Of a DNA stretch of 39,544 nucleotides, positions 37,200 through 39,544 are shown one piece after another. The stretch is taken from the sequence record SRR22947725_566, one strand, 5' to 3'. The first letter of the stretch is position 1; each line of letters begins with the position of its first letter. The translations under genes were made by a program, and so were the position numbers. The notes under the pieces are model-generated. The model was not told the origin of the DNA. It made no database searches and saw only the letters and a program-made list of their open reading frames with translations.

Positions 37200-38483
37200 C
37201 TAAAACAGAAGGTTAAACACATTCTCTGCTGAGATCCTCGAGTGGATCATTGCTTTATTGCTAGACTCTTGTAGAAGAAGATTTTTCGCCAAACCAGTAT
37301 ATTCGCTCGCCATGTCAGCATCCTGTATTCTACCCAAACTAATTTTTTGACTTTGACTCTTACTCTCCACCCGTTCTGTCTCAAATTTTATCTCAGAAAA
37401 TGTTTTAGAAAGTGTGAAAATTTGAGTTTCTATACTTTTTCCCTCTTCCCGAGTTTTAGAAAGGGCATTGCTCGCATCTTCTCGGTTCAATAAGCTAAGT
37501 CCTGCCATAGTCGAAAAACCGACCGGTTCAATTTGGAGAAGATCACCGTTTTCGTTTTTTATACCGGTAGGACCTTCAATTTTTTGTTTTTCAATCTCAA
37601 GCCAACGGTACCAAATAGTACCACTACTTTTAGAGATGCCCTCCGGTCCTTCATCATTAATGACAAATTCAACGATTGAACTATCCCCGTCGGGAGCATC
37701 AGTGAAGGGGTAGTCGGAAGTGGGGCGAGTGTCATGGTAGTCAAGGAAATCGCCATTGCCACGATTATCATTTGCTTCGGTCACAGATATCTTGCCTGGA
37801 CCAAAGTCGACTTCAAAATAATCTCCTGTTCTCGTTTCCCCATTTACAACTTCGGATCTTCGACCACCTACATTTGAACGATATTCACCGGTGTCAAAAA
37901 TTCTTTTGCCACCCACATAGATTTGAAATCGATCTCGTGCAGTAAGTGGGTCCCACCAAAGTTTCACCTTGGATGACAGTGCTCCAATATCAATTTTTTC
38001 AGATACTCGAGACGAACTGCCTGCCGTGGGAGGAGGTAAGTCAATCGTTTCAATGTTAGTAGAGGAAAGAGGGTCGAACATAACCTTATCGTATGTTCTG
38101 TCGTATAATAAATCGGTTAATTGACCTGACAAGGATTGGAACTCGGTATTTAAATTCTCCCTGTCGCTTCGGGACTTCATGATGTCAGTTGCTTCATAAG
38201 CCAGGTCGTTCATTCTCTGCATCGTGTTATTAGCATAGTTCAGAATGTCCGATTGGTACTGTGCCAGATGGTACGCATTTTCTAAATTTTTCTTCGCGGA
38301 ATGGGAAATTTTATTCTCCACTTCAAGTCTTGTGGAGAGACGAAGTGCACCAGAGTCGATTGATTGATTATTATCAAGACGGTTTCCGGACGAAATCCTT
38401 TCTTTAGAATCTACAATTTGACGCTGACGAATCGATTGCCTGATTTGGTGACGATTGTCTAGGACTGGGGAGATTAATGACAT
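37200..38483 (-). CDS. Divergent flagellin-like protein with inserted central domain (paralogue B)
   Basis: RISSGNRL, QRMNDLAYEATD...DRENLNTEF and GRIQDADMASEYTGLAKNLLLQES. Start placed at ATG 38483 because MSLISPVL aligns with paralogue C's MNFISPTM. Confidence 0.82.
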   Translation of the reverse strand: MSLISPVLDNRHQIRQSIRQRQIVDSKERISSGNRLDNNQSIDSGALRLSTRLEVENKISHSAKKNLENAYHLAQYQSDILNYANNTMQRMNDLAYEATDIMKSRSDRENLNTEFQSLSGQLTDLLYDRTYDKVMFDPLSSTNIETIDLPPPTAGSSSRVSEKIDIGALSSKVKLWWDPLTARDRFQIYVGGKRIFDTGEYRSNVGGRRSEVVNGETRTGDYFEVDFGPGKISVTEANDNRGNGDFLDYHDTRPTSDYPFTDAPDGDSSIVEFVINDEGPEGISKSSGTIWYRWLEIEKQKIEGPTGIKNENGDLLQIEPVGFSTMAGLSLLNREDASNALSKTREEGKSIETQIFTLSKTFSEIKFETERVESKSQSQKISLGRIQDADMASEYTGLAKNLLLQESSNKAMIHSRISAENVFNLLF

Positions 38484-38508
38484 TTTATTTGTTTTTTTGG
38501 CCAACTCA

Positions 38509-38551
38509 GCGCACCACTCATTTATCAGAACTGAACCATGAGTGGTTGCGC
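38509..38551 (-). promoter_or_regulatory. Intergenic stem-loop between flagellin A and B
   Basis: GCGCACCACTCAT / ATGAGTGGTTGCGC, a 13-bp stem with one bulge and a 16-nt loop. No U-tract follows on the coding strand. Confidence 0.55.
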
Positions 38552-38572
38552 CAAATTATCTAAGCCGTTGAC

Positions 38573-39430
38573 TTATTTTCGGCCAAAATTGAGCAGGTCG
38601 AGGACGATGCCCATGTTTAAGTTAGATTGTGCTAACGCCGCACTTGCTGCATATACTTGGACGTTATACTTTGCGTAATTCGTAACCTCTTCGGCTACAT
38701 CCACATCCATGATCCGACTATTTGCAGATTGCAAATTAGTCTTACTGCTTGCAAGGAAGTCAGAGGAGAACTGAAGTCTTGACGAAGTCGCTCCGCTCGT
38801 TGCACGTAAGCTAGCTACATTGCTTATTACTGAAGTAATATTTTCAGTACTAACTGCAGATATACTTGTAGCTGCAGCTGTCGTTGCAGCATTACCTAAG
38901 TTAATCGTTCCGCTAATACTTAAGGCTTCATCAATATTTAATGAACTTATCGATATGGAAGCACCTGAATCTCCCCGGGTTGATATGTACACGTTCTTTG
39001 TGTTAGTTCCAGTAGTAAACAGACTCAACGAATTAAAAGTTTCGCTTGTAAAGCTGTTTAGAGACTTTTGTAACTCCTTGAATTCGGATGCGTAACTTGA
39101 TTTGTCAGAGGATGTGGCAGTACCGCTTCCATAACTTACTCGAATTGTTGACATTCGATCAAGGATATCCGCAATTGATTCAAGGGCACTATCTTGTGTG
39201 TCCGTAAAAGAAAGAGCGTTATCCACATTATTTTTAGTGGCACTGGTAACAGTTATAGCGTGTTTCAGTTTCATTGATACAGCTAGGCCCCCTGGGTCAT
39301 CGGATGGCTTATTGATCCGATTTCCGCTGGAAAGGCGCATCAGACTTTTACTGAGCAAAGACTGTGCGTTCCCGAGTTGAAGGGCGTTGTAATTTGAGGT
39401 CGTACTACCTCCTCCTAGATTAAGACTCAT
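38573..39430 (-). CDS. fliC: Short flagellin (essentially D0/D1 only; paralogue A)
   Basis: RLSSGNRINKPSDDPGGLAVS, NALSF, RATSGATSSRL, SRIMDVDVAEEVT, SAALAQSN. Confidence 0.88.
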   Translation of the reverse strand: MSLNLGGGSTTSNYNALQLGNAQSLLSKSLMRLSSGNRINKPSDDPGGLAVSMKLKHAITVTSATKNNVDNALSFTDTQDSALESIADILDRMSTIRVSYGSGTATSSDKSSYASEFKELQKSLNSFTSETFNSLSLFTTGTNTKNVYISTRGDSGASISISSLNIDEALSISGTINLGNAATTAAATSISAVSTENITSVISNVASLRATSGATSSRLQFSSDFLASSKTNLQSANSRIMDVDVAEEVTNYAKYNVQVYAASAALAQSNLNMGIVLDLLNFGRK

Positions 39431-39544
39431 AATAGGATCCTATTTTAGAGAAGAAGTAATGCGGTGGAAGAGGACTGATTTGCCTGGGATAACATTGCAG
39501 CCGAGGCCTGCGTAAGGATGTTATACTTTGCAAATCGAGTAGAT

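Noticed and set aside
39530-39544. Possible sigma-28 -10 element (CTCGATTT, minus strand) upstream of flagellin A
   Set aside because: Weak match, and the -35 region lies outside the window, so it cannot be supported.
1-39544. tRNA, rRNA, CRISPR arrays, IS elements, integrases
   Set aside because: No cloverleaf, rRNA-like stretch, regularly spaced repeats or transposase/integrase motifs were seen. Intergenic gaps are all short (about 220 bp or less).

Overview
Gene-dense bacterial chromosome segment. It is most consistent with a Verrucomicrobiota (Opitutales-like) genome, inferred from gene content: PSCyt1-type cytochrome c plus LRR protein, DUF6807/PmoA-like protein, PQQ-like propeller, dapL and Pal-like lipoproteins. 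Positions 1-32.9 kb hold mostly housekeeping and envelope genes: ispA, an apaG/beta-CASP nuclease/rph operon, purH, peptidases, a PhnDCE-like ABC transporter with a Fur-box-like palindrome, two Pal/OmpA lipoproteins, a CbiX-like protein, a LysM amidase, dapL, nupC and Smr. The last ~6.6 kb looks more AT-rich by eye and holds the most unusual locus, a minus-strand run of four genes. It comprises one short canonical flagellin, two divergent flagellin-like paralogues sharing an uncharacterised ~160-aa inserted domain, and, 7 bp downstream, a STAND (NLR-like) P-loop NTPase. The NTPase has no N-terminal effector, an apparently duplicated winged-helix region, a coiled-coil/2-TM tail and a possible internal start. 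No other flagellar genes, RNA genes, CRISPR arrays or transposases were recognised. All calls come from reading motifs by eye; no searches were run.
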